A stretch of 64,000 nucleotides of DNA from Eledone cirrhosa (Eukaryota), in contig OZ024752.1 of assembly GCA_964016885.1 (NCBI GenBank), positions 32,674,001-32,738,000 on the forward strand. The letters are read 5' to 3'. Shown here piece by piece: positions 55,901-63,718 of the stretch; the first letter of the stretch is position 1; each line of letters begins with the position of its first letter. The notes beneath the pieces are model-generated. The model did not search any database. It worked only from the letters and a program-made list of their open reading frames with translations, and was not told where the DNA came from. A program made the position numbers and the translations under genes.

Positions 55901-58900
55901 TTGATACAACACATACAGACACTCAATTCTAATTTGATCTCTATATTGTTGTTGTAGGTATAATAATTGATACAACACACATAGACACACAATTCTAATT
56001 TGATCTCTATATTGTTGTTGTAGGTATAATAATTGATACAACACATACAGACACACAATTCTAATTTGATCTCTATATTGCTGTTGTAGGTATAATAATT
56101 GATACAACACATACAGACACACAATTCTAATTTGATCTCTATATTGTTGTTGTAGGTATAATAATTGATACAACACATACAGGCACACAATTCTAATTTG
56201 ATCTCTATATTGTTGTTGTAGATATAATAATTGATATAACACATACAGACACACAATTCTAATTTGATCTCTATATTGTTGTAGGTATAATAATTGATAC
56301 AACACATACAGACACACACCATTCTAATTTGATCTCTATATTGCTGTTGTAGGTATAATAATTGATACAACACATACAGACACACAATTCTAATTTGATC
56401 TCTATATTGCTGTTGTAGATATAATAATTGATACAACACACATACAGACACTCACCATTCTAATTTGATCTCTATATTGCTGTTGTAGGTATAATAATTG
56501 ATACAACACACATACAGACACACACCATTCTAATTTGATCTCTATATTGCTGTTGTAGATATAATAATTGATACAACACACATACAGACACTCACCATTC
56601 TAATTTGATCTCTATATTGCTGTTGTAGGTATAATAATTGATACAACACACATACAGACACACACCATTCTAATTTGATCTCTATATTGCTGTTGTAGAT
56701 ATAATAATTGATACAACACACATACAGACACACACCATTCTAATTTGATCTCTATATTGCTGTTGTAGATATAATAATTGATACAACACACATACAGACA
56801 CTCACCATTCTAATTTGATCTCTATATTGCTGTTGTAGGTATAATAATTGATACAACACACATACAGACACACACCATTCTAATTTGATCTCTATATTGC
56901 TGTTGTAGATATAATAATTGATACAACACACATAGAGGCACACACAATTCTAATTTGATCTCTATATTGTTGTTTTAGGTATCAACAGATCCACCGCAAA
57001 CATTCCAGAATATTATGAGATGTTATCGCCTTCAACCTCAAGCTCACTCACATGTATGTGAAATCTAAATGTTTTTTTTTGTTTTAATTTACTAGTTGTA
57101 GAAACCAAGCTAGAAACAGTTCTGTATGAACGAGTCACGATCACTTGATCTGTCTTGTCTCACACAACAGGACAATTCGTCTAACCCATGCTTGCATGGA
57201 AAATGGCCGTTAAACATTGATGATGATGATGATATGGATTCATATAGGGGCTGGAGATAGGTACAGAAGTAAAAAAAAAAAACTATATTGTTTACTCTTA
57301 TTATTTTTTTAACTGTCAGTTCATTGAACAATGGAACAGCCTGCTTGAGAAATTTGTGTAAGTGCCCGAGCATTCTATAGGCACATGTACCCATAACATA
57401 ATTCTCAGGGAGATTCAGTATGACACAGTTTTGTGATGCAGGGTCCTAGTTTACCATGGGATCAGTACCTCTGCTTTGAGTACCAACCTTGTAAGCTGAC
57501 GACTTGTCCAACCCTTGCTAGCTGGGAAAGCAGACATTAAACGAAGAATCACTGGACGGAATTGAGAGATTACAGCTCCGATGCTATGGGTATAAGGTTA
57601 GAATGTCTCGGGAAAGTATCACTGGACAGCATTGAGAGATTACAGCTCCGATGCTATGGGTATAAGGTTAGAATGTCTCAGGAAAGTATCACTGGACAGA
57701 ATTGAGAAATTACAGCTCCGATGCTATGGGCATGTGGTTAGAATGTCTCAGGAAAGTATCACTGGACAGCATTGAGAGATTACAGCTCCGATGCTATGGG
57801 TATGTGGTTAGAATGTCTCGGGAAAGTATCACTGGACAGAATTGAGAAATTACAGCTCCGATGCTATGGGCATGTGGTTAGAATGTCTCGGGAAAGTATC
57901 ACTGGACAGCATTGAGAGATTACAGCTCCGATGCTATGGGTATGTGGTTAGAATGTCTCGGGAAAGTATCACTGGACAGCATTGAGAGATTACAGCTCCG
58001 ATGCTATGGGTATGTGGTTAGAATGTCTCAGGAAAGTATCACTGGACAGAATTGAGAGATTACAGCTCTGATGCTATGGGTATAAGGTTAGAATGTCTCA
58101 AGAAAGTATCACTGGACAGAATTGAGAGATTACAGCTCTGATGCTATGGGTATAAGGTTAGAATGTCTCAGGAAAGTATCGCTGGACAGAATTGAGAGAT
58201 CACAGCTCTGATGCTATGGGTATAAGGTTAGAATGTCTCAGGAAAGTATCACTGGATAGAATTGAGAGATTACAGCTCTGATGCTATGGGTATAAGGTTA
58301 GAATGTCTCAGGAAAGTATCACTGGACAGAATTGAGAAATCACAGCTCTGATGCTATGGGTATGTGGTTAGAATATCTCAGGAAAGAATCACTGGACAGA
58401 ATTGAGAGATTACAGCTCCGATGCTATGGGTATAAGGTTAGAATGTCTCAGGAAAGAATCACTGGACAGATTTTACAGGTAAAACTACCCAGGGGTAGCC
58501 CCTGAAACAAAATGGTTGGATAATATCCATGAGCTTGGCTGGTCCCGCTTGGGGATCAAGTCAGATCAGTTGGAGATGGTTGCTTCTGACAGGACCTGCT
58601 GGGAGGGGAGTTTGAGGACTCTGTCCCCACGATCTTCTCAGGAATATGTGGGCAAAGAAGAAGATTTTTTTTTTTTTTTCAGAAATGTTAAAGCTGTTTC
58701 TTTATTTCTTAACAACTGTTGATTTCTCTCTGGTTCAGGTTTATAGAGATGTCCTGGTTTCCACTCGAAGGCGGCGTACATCTGGCAGTAGTGATAGCAG
58801 TAGGAATGGCACAAGTGGTTCTTCTTCTCCTGTTACTATTGAGAGAGAAGATCCTAAGGAGAAAGACAAACGTAAGTGGCTCCATTCATTTCTTCTTCTG

Positions 58901-61900
58901 TTACTTACATCATCATGATCGGTTTTACATTCGTTGTTTCACACTTGCATGGGTTGGATAGGTCTTTTTTCAGCACAGCATCTCTAGATCCAAAGCTTTA
59001 TTATATGAAGAAACCCAAATTGGTTCCGGGACTTATTCTTAGTGCTACTGCTCCGTTACAAATATACATTTGGTAAGCACTCCGAGGGTTTTGATCGTAT
59101 CTGCCTTCGAAACACCCTTTGTTGAGTAAGTAGCAGAGAGCTGCTAAGACTATGTAAGTTCCCTATCGTCTTATATTTTTACATAAATATATATATGTAT
59201 ACTAAGGGCGGTGTATTGGCAGTATCGGTAGAGGGTCAGACACCATGCTTTGAGGCATAGAGTTACTTCCCTTTATGATCTGAGTTCAAATCCCGCCGAG
59301 GTTAACTTTGCCTTTCATCCTTACGGGGGTCGATAAAATATAGTACCAGTAATATACTGGGTTTTTGCTGGCCTTGTGCCAAAAATAGAAACAATTATAT
59401 ATTTATATAAAATATGATGTTTTATTATATATTTATATAAAGATCTGATGTTTCATTATATATTTATATAAATATACAATGTTTTATTAGATGCACTTTT
59501 GTTATATATTTATATAAAGATCTTATGTTTTATTATATGTTTATATAAAGATACAATGTTTCATTATATATTTAAATAAAGATACAATGTTTTATTATAT
59601 ATTTATATAAAGATCTGATGTTTCATTATATGTTCATATAAAGATACAATGTTTTATTATATATTAAATAAAGGTACAATGTTTTATCATATGTTTAAAT
59701 AAAGATCTGATGTTTGTATGTTTTTAGGAAGAACTGATGCCCTAAATATCCGGTCATCAAGTACACTACCAGTTCCACATCCCAATAGTCAGCCTCCTAC
59801 TCCAACAAAGTTAATTGGAATGGGAGCTACATTAGAAATGGGAGACGAAAGAGGTGATCTCATCCAGTTTTATAACCAGGTTTTTATAGATTTTAAATTA
59901 TTTTTCTATTCTCTCTCTTTCTCTCTGTTGACAATCTCAAAGTCTAAAGTCCGTCTCAAGCCTGGAAGCTCATCAGGCTGGTGCTTATCCCGGTTGCCGT
60001 GGCATGAAGTGACTGAAGGTACAAGACGTTCCCCTGGGCAGGACACTAGTCCATCGCAGGGTTAAACTCCCAGCTATTGTTGGTACTCATTTTCAACTGA
60101 GTATACTGGAGCAATGTGAAATGAAGTGTTCTGCTCAAGAACACAACTCACAACTCAGTCCAAGAATCGAACCCATGATATTACGATCATAAGACCAACA
60201 CCCTTACCACTAGGGCCATTCTTCTGAGGTTGATAAAATAAAGTACCAGTCAAGTACTGGGGTTGATATAAACAACTGTTCTTTCTTCCACATTTTTGGT
60301 CCTGTCCCTATCCTAGAAATTATTTTTTGATTTATTAAAAAAATGTTTTTCTTTCTTTTCTGAATTGTAGGTATTTGTAAAGAGAATCAAGGAATTTGCT
60401 TTAAAGTTTTCTTCTAATCCATCAGCTGTAAGTATTCAGATTATATTTTCAACTGCCCATTATTTTAATCTTTTTAGTTACTAACCTGGCCAAAACTGGC
60501 TCTGGTTCCATGAAATAAAACCCATCCATTTTAAAGGTTTCCAATTTAAATTAAAATCTTCCAACATAATTTTATATAAGAACCTTACATTAAGTTATTA
60601 TCTTACTAATGAAATAATAAGCGATTTTAGTAAATCCCTCGAAATTATTCCTTAATTAATTAAAATAGAGGGTATTTCATTAGAAATGCAGACATGAAAG
60701 GCTTAATTTTTGTGTGTTTGTGTTTATGAGAGAGAGAATATAGATTTATAAATTTAGAAGACCATCCAGTTGTAAAAACCATTTCTGCTTATGTAAACAT
60801 GGTAGAATATTGATGTAAGATAGTGTAAATATGGATATTTGAAACTATTCTATAGTCTTTACAGTTTGATATACCGTATATACTTAAATATAAGCCGAGG
60901 AATATATAACCAAAAACTTTATGGTAGAAGGGAGAGGGGGCTCAGATTATATTTGGCGGTCAATATTTTGACGATTTTCAGCAACTTCAAATTCTATGTA
61001 AATAAGGTTTAGATTTTTGCCCATTTCTTTGACATAAAATAGAGGGGTCAGCTAATATTTGTATCGTCTGTGGTGCTTGTATAAACTCACTTTGTTACAG
61101 TATTTATAAGATTGATGCAAGCAGAGTAATGTACCTTGACTAACTGCTAGATTAAGGTTTTAAACTGCTTCTTTTGTTTTCAGTAAACTAGCGCTACTGA
61201 AGGCACGTGGTTTAGTGGTTTAAGAATTGGATTCGTAATCTTGAGGTTGCAAGTTCGATTCCAGGCCCATGCGATGCATTATGTCCTTGAATTAGAGACT
61301 TTGCTTTTGATTAAAAAATGTTTTTTCTTTGCCATTTATTTTTTGTTTTTTTTTTGCTATCTTCTGTTATTTTGACCTTTCAGGATAAACCACACTTATC
61401 ACCATTGCCGGTGGTTAGGTCACATACGTCATCACCGCGCAGAGTCTCTAATAAACACAATGTTTACATATCTCCCCATAAGACAAACTCAGGTTCAGCA
61501 CCACATATTGGCAAGTTGTACTGTTTCAATATGAGTCCTGCAAAGGTAAGCAAAATATCTGTTTTTACTTGGAGGGAGATACACCACTTTTTAGAGTTTT
61601 TTCTAGGAGTAACACCACTCTTTAAACAGTTTTTTACTGAAAGAAACTCTACTCTTTAAACAGTTTTTTTACTGAAAGAAACTCCACTCTTTAAACAGTT
61701 TTTTACTGAAAGAAACTCCACTCTTTAAACAGTTTTTTATTGGGAGAAACATCAGCCTCTAAACATTTAAAAAAAAATTGAAACTCTACTTTCTAAACAG
61801 CTTTTACTGGGATGAACTCCACTCTCTGAACAGTTTCAGTTCAGTTGTCACCATCACTGCCTAGGTCTTCCTTATATATATATATATATCACTATAGCAT

Positions 61901-62427
61901 CATAATTTATTTTGTTATATATATTTCAGGGATACTAAGTTCTAGTATGCCTTCTTCAGACAAAATACAATATTAGATGTATAAAATGTTATGTGACATA
62001 CTCGTAAAAGAGACCGCATGCAATCAATTCAAAACAGGTATATATATATATAATATATATAAGATCAAAAGATGGTTAAAAGAGTTCCATGTATTTTATT
62101 ATGCGCATTTCAAAAACAAATATCATTATGCGATGACATTTGCGTTTTCATACAGTTTTAAATCAACATATGTTGATTTAAAACTGCACTATTCACAAGT
62201 GTTTTTTAACCTTCATATCATGTCTCCCTATTTTATCTGATGAAAACGCAAATGTCATCGCATGATTATATTTGTTTTTGAAATGCGCATAATAAAATAC
62301 ATGGAACTCTTTTAACCATCTTTTGATCTTATATATTATTTATACTCCAATCCTACAAACTGTAGAGTGTTACTTATCCGATATCTGCATTGCTTTATTG
62401 TACTCCAATAAAACTCACCTCCTACAT

Positions 62428-62466
<39 letters not shown>

Positions 62467-62711
62467 CACACACACACACACTTTGTATTGTAGCCCTTAT
62501 TTTCTTTATTATTTATGATTTTATATGTCTTTTTCTTTCTTTTTGTAAGGATTTACATGCCATAAATGAAATGATCAAGAAAGTTCCTGGGAAACGGTGC
62601 CTCGAAATTGAAGATGATGTTTGTCAATCTCCAGCCAAGCGCCACGAATTCGTGAGACGACTTCAGGCCGTTAACAAGGATAGACAGAAAGAACAGAATG
62701 GTACAACATAG
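19332..62711 (+). CDS. RBL1: Retinoblastoma-like pocket protein (p107/p130 family), 24 coding exons, 1081 aa
   Basis: Hand-spliced exons all have GT-AG introns and matching phases, totalling 3246 nt. Recognisable p107/p130 motifs: [163 protein letters not shown]. An invertebrate gene of this type is co-orthologous to RBL1 and RBL2, so the symbol is approximate. Confidence 0.95.
19551..19748. mobile_element. Tc1/mariner-type MITE, same family as 16064 in opposite orientation
   Basis: TA|CGAGGGT...ACCCTCG|TA; internal sequence is the reverse complement of the 16064 copy. Confidence 0.8.
22660..22852. mobile_element. Palindromic repeat (Penelope-like terminal remnant) with two degenerate hammerhead copies
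   Basis: 22741-22850 is an imperfect palindrome in TA-rich flanks. The same family occurs at 62916-63004 and 37503-37620. Confidence 0.55.
23546..23585 (+). ncRNA. Degenerate hammerhead-like motif, RBL intron 1
   Basis: gctt-CCGACGA-gaggccctgtgc-GAAA-CACGTG-TA-agagc; palindromic ACACGTGT stem III; core has a U4 to C change. Confidence 0.4.
23780..27823. repeat. 40-bp minisatellite (CTGATCTAGGTACCTTACATCAGACAGGGAGGTACTACAC), about 100 copies, intron 1
   Basis: Exact 40-nt periodicity over about 4 kb with recurrent variants. Confidence 0.95.
28591..28724 (+). CDS. RBL1: RBL exon 2 (GEPLHWLAC...TADFS)
   Basis: ttttag|GGA ... AG|gtaagg; strong p107/p130 motif. Confidence 0.95.
28757..29250. 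repeat. Approximately 51-bp minisatellite directly after exon 2
   Basis: CCACCCTGTAAAGTGGTCGATTTGGTGACCTGACAAA units, related to the SINE-B 3' region. Confidence 0.85.
30317..30715 (-). mobile_element. RTE-like LINE 3' fragment
   Basis: MLRWMC...[12 protein letters not shown]...[15 protein letters not shown] is a typical RTE ORF C-terminus. Confidence 0.8.
31434..31631 (+). CDS. RBL1: RBL exon 3 ([11 protein letters not shown]...RSRKQR)
   Basis: ttttcag|T ... CG|gtaaag; matches ORF 31435..31635. Confidence 0.95.
32511..32575 (+). CDS. RBL1: RBL exon 4 ([22 protein letters not shown])
   Basis: tttcag|T ... G|gtatgt; conserved PC..F.FCW.F..KG. Confidence 0.93.
33886..34011 (+). CDS. RBL1: RBL exon 5 ([19 protein letters not shown]...)
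   Basis: ttcag|GC ... G|gtgagt. Confidence 0.95.
35286..35473 (+). CDS. RBL1: RBL exon 6 ([10 protein letters not shown]...KEHHWKPYL...FKGP)
   Basis: tttag|GA ... CCT|gtaagc; PCII..LC..H.GLV..AK.IKEH.WKPY motif. Confidence 0.9.
36173..36237 (+). CDS. RBL1: RBL exon 7 ([21 protein letters not shown])
   Basis: ttttccag|ATC ... TT|gtaagt; phases fit the neighbouring exons. Confidence 0.88.
36272..36918. repeat. 82-bp minisatellite, about 8 copies
   Basis: ORF starts recur every 82 nt (36313, 36395, 36477...). Confidence 0.95.
38032..38958. mobile_element. Helentron/DINE-1-like non-autonomous rolling-circle element
   Basis: Begins ACTAG with a subterminal hairpin (TACCCAGCGTTGCCTGGGTA), has internal tandem repeats, and ends (CA)n-TTTTATATATATACAGAT. 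A similar layout occurs at about 48368-48860. Confidence 0.6.
39044..39215 (+). CDS. RBL1: RBL exon 8 ([23 protein letters not shown]...)
   Basis: tacag|C ... GAA|gtgagt. Confidence 0.93.
39515..40198. repeat. Approximately 55-bp minisatellite with a variable (GGT)n tract
   Basis: TACTAAAGTAAGGTAGGATGTGGTTTGGTAGAAC units. Confidence 0.9.
40205..40810 (+). mobile_element. Highly decayed LINE reverse transcriptase fragment
   Basis: Degenerate [19 protein letters not shown] and VVDSFCYL motifs with many stops. Confidence 0.55.
41167..42685. repeat. 14-bp minisatellite (GATGTAGTGTATGT), about 108 copies
   Basis: Direct reading. Confidence 0.95.
43218..45775. repeat. 73/79-bp two-variant minisatellite, about 33 copies
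   Basis: Invariant core plus either GGGGTGGGGGCCAGGG or GGCAAGGGGCTGGGGGCTAGGG. Confidence 0.95.
45827..45993 (+). CDS. RBL1: RBL exon 9 ([16 protein letters not shown]...[14 protein letters not shown]...)
   Basis: cttcag|ACA ... GA|gtaagt; start of pocket A. Confidence 0.95.
46036..46545. repeat. Approximately 22-bp minisatellite (CATCTGTCAACTCTCTATA)
   Basis: Direct reading, intron 9. Confidence 0.9.
46760..46841 (+). CDS. RBL1: RBL exon 10 ([22 protein letters not shown]...)
   Basis: ttttcag|G ... CAG|gtgaga. Confidence 0.93.
47635..47922. repeat. C-rich short tandem repeat (CTACCCACCAATTCTGCCAC)
   Basis: Direct reading, intron 10. Confidence 0.85.
47999..48142 (+). CDS. RBL1: RBL exon 11 ([28 protein letters not shown]...)
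   Basis: ttcttcag|CCT ... ACA|gtaaat. Confidence 0.92.
48937..49019 (+). CDS. RBL1: RBL exon 12 ([28 protein letters not shown])
   Basis: ttttag|GTT ... AG|gtaagt. Confidence 0.95.
50225..50345 (+). CDS. RBL1: RBL exon 13 (TFPWIAEIF...[11 protein letters not shown])
   Basis: ttag|G ... CTC|gtgagt. Confidence 0.95.
50341..51355 (+). repeat. Approximately 33-47-bp minisatellite that includes the exon 13 donor site
   Basis: Unit ATCTTRTGAGTACACYCTTCTCAACTAACTCTTCACATTTTCACAT matches the true junction ATCTC|GTGAGTACACCCTTCTCAACTAAC. Confidence 0.9.
51407..51502 (+). CDS. RBL1: RBL exon 14 ([18 protein letters not shown]...PTCEE)
   Basis: tttcag|ATA ... GAG|gtaact; end of pocket A. Confidence 0.95.
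52015..52105 (+). CDS. RBL1: RBL exon 15 (spacer; VSLPCQL...[10 protein letters not shown]...)
   Basis: tttccag|GTG ... T|gtaagt; phase 1 fits exon 16. Confidence 0.85.
52515..52801 (+). CDS. RBL1: RBL exon 16 (spacer with cyclin-binding RxL motif, [12 protein letters not shown])
   Basis: cgccag|AT ... CAG|gtagtt; ARRKLF corresponds to the p107/p130 spacer KRRLF/RRRLF motif. Confidence 0.87.
53175..53348 (+). CDS. RBL1: RBL exon 17 (Q-rich spacer end, [14 protein letters not shown])
   Basis: aaagcag|GTG ... AAG|gtcagt. Confidence 0.9.
53814..54379 (+). mobile_element. piggyBac-like MITE interrupted by a SINE
   Basis: TTAA-flanked CCCTTTAG...CTAAAGGG; minus-strand SINE at 53945-54293 with TSD AATCTCATA (53936-53944 and 54294-54302). 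Confidence 0.85.
55418..55597 (+). CDS. RBL1: RBL exon 18 (pocket B; [13 protein letters not shown]...[17 protein letters not shown])
   Basis: tttag|GTG ... AAG|gtaagg. Confidence 0.96.
55760..56982 (+). repeat. Approximately 68-70-bp minisatellite whose last unit is the exon 19 acceptor
   Basis: Unit ...ATTCTAATTTGATCTCTATATTGYTGTTGTAG|RTATAATAATTG...; true site ...CTAATTTGATCTCTATATTGTTGTTTTAG|GTATC. Confidence 0.93.
56979..57053 (+). CDS. RBL1: RBL exon 19 ([25 protein letters not shown])
   Basis: ttttag|GTA ... CAT|gtatgt; [13 protein letters not shown] motif. Confidence 0.94.
57546..58470 (+). repeat. 80-bp minisatellite (about 11.5 copies) derived from an RTE-like LINE 3' segment
   Basis: Unit translates to [18 protein letters not shown] ([13 protein letters not shown]-like). 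The LINE remnant continues to an (AAG)n tail at about 58663. Confidence 0.85.
58739..58871 (+). CDS. RBL1: RBL exon 20 ([13 protein letters not shown]... pocket B loop)
   Basis: ttcag|GTT ... C|gtaagt. Confidence 0.9.
59395..59715. repeat. AT-rich approximately 35-bp tandem repeat before exon 21
   Basis: TTATATATTTATATAAAGATCTGATGTTT units. Confidence 0.8.
59728..59879 (+). CDS. RBL1: RBL exon 21 ([19 protein letters not shown]...[11 protein letters not shown])
   Basis: tttttag|GA ... CAG|gttttt (weak donor); p130-like B-loop sequence. Confidence 0.9.
60371..60427 (+). CDS. RBL1: RBL exon 22 ([19 protein letters not shown])
   Basis: tgtag|GTA ... GCT|gtaagt; IK.FALK motif. Confidence 0.9.
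61384..61545 (+). CDS. RBL1: RBL exon 23 (DKPHLSPLP...[17 protein letters not shown]...SPAK)
   Basis: tttcag|GAT ... AAG|gtaagc; Rb C-terminal region. Confidence 0.94.
62229..62299 (+). ncRNA. Type I hammerhead ribozyme motif with palindromic stem III, RBL intron 23
   Basis: Stem I TATTTTAT/ATAAAATA (8 bp); CTGATGA 62237-62243; stem II AAACGCAAAT...ATTTGTTTTT; GAAA 62280-62283; palindromic ATGCGCAT; triplet ATA ending 62291. Confidence 0.75.
62550..62711 (+). CDS. RBL1: RBL exon 24, terminal ([10 protein letters not shown]...SPAKR...[10 protein letters not shown]...stop)
   Basis: Pyrimidine tract followed by taag|GAT; L..IN.MI, SPAKR and RRLQ.V..DR resemble the p107/p130 C-terminus; TAG at 62709-62711. 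Confidence 0.9.
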   Translation, partial: DLHAINEMIKKVPGKRCLEIEDDVCQSPAKRHEFVRRLQAVNKDRQKEQNGTT

Positions 62712-62768
62712 ACATACATGAGCATAGAACAGTTGTCCTGCCCTTATATGTTACCATCTCTCTCGTTC

Positions 62769-62805
<37 letters not shown>

Positions 62806-62874
62806 ATTATGGCTAAATAGTGAGTCTTGTTACTCTGGAGTTTCACCTGTGCATACACAGGCTCTCAACTACAT

Positions 62875-62918
<44 letters not shown>

Positions 62919-62950
62919 GGCTTCTATAGGACTAGAACTTTCATTCAGGA

Positions 62951-63001
62951 GGCTTCCTGATGATTTCTCCCGAATGAAACAGTTCTAGTTCTGTAGAAGC
63001 C
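62951..63001 (+). ncRNA. Type I hammerhead ribozyme motif in the putative RBL 3' UTR
   Basis: Stem I GGCTTC/GAAGCC; CTGATGA 62957-62963; stem II TTC-tccc-GAA with a U.U at its base; GAAA 62976-62979; stem III ACAG/CTGT; cleavage triplet GTA ending 62995. Confidence 0.7.
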
Positions 63002-63718
63002 ATCTCTTTCTCTCTCTCTCTCTCTCACTATATATTGTAAAGAGCATCTGCAACTCTCAAATGGGTTTCTTCAAAAATTGTTTTTATTTTTAATTAAGCA
63101 GTTGAATGTCTGAATCGAAATTTAGATATTTGAATTGCTATGAAGCAATGTAATATATGTTGAAACACGGTTTCTATATATATATATCTCTCTCTCTCTA
63201 TATATATATATAAAAAATATTATTCCAAGTAAAGAAACGTCAGTTGATCAATAAATCAACCGATTGTAGTGTAATCAGGTGTAAGCACTCCACCACATGG
63301 GTATCTTAAGGTATTACCTATAAGGTATCAGATGGAGTGTCAATCTTATAAAGAAGAGAGATGGTTTTACACACACACACACACACAAACTACTTGTTAT
63401 CAGTTTTTTTTTTTTTTTGTCTCTGATGGAGAAATAGGATTCAAAATATTTTTAATGAAATTAGTCTCTTATCTGAATATCTCTGTCTACATTACCATTC
63501 ATTTTATTCTTTACAATCTACAAATCCTTCTCCACTCCTCTCACTCCCAAAATGACACCCACTGAAAAATTACTTCTATCTAAATTGAAACAAACAATCC
63601 AACATGTGTGCGTGTGTGTGTGTGTGTGTTTGTGCGTGCGTGCGTGTATAATATATATATATTTAACAAAGAATAGCTGTCGAAACGGCCGGAGCTCAGC
63701 TGTCGGCGTCCTGATTCT

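Noticed and set aside
55658-56943. Minus-strand Cys/Tyr-rich repeat ORFs
   Set aside because: Antisense translations of the intron 18 minisatellite.
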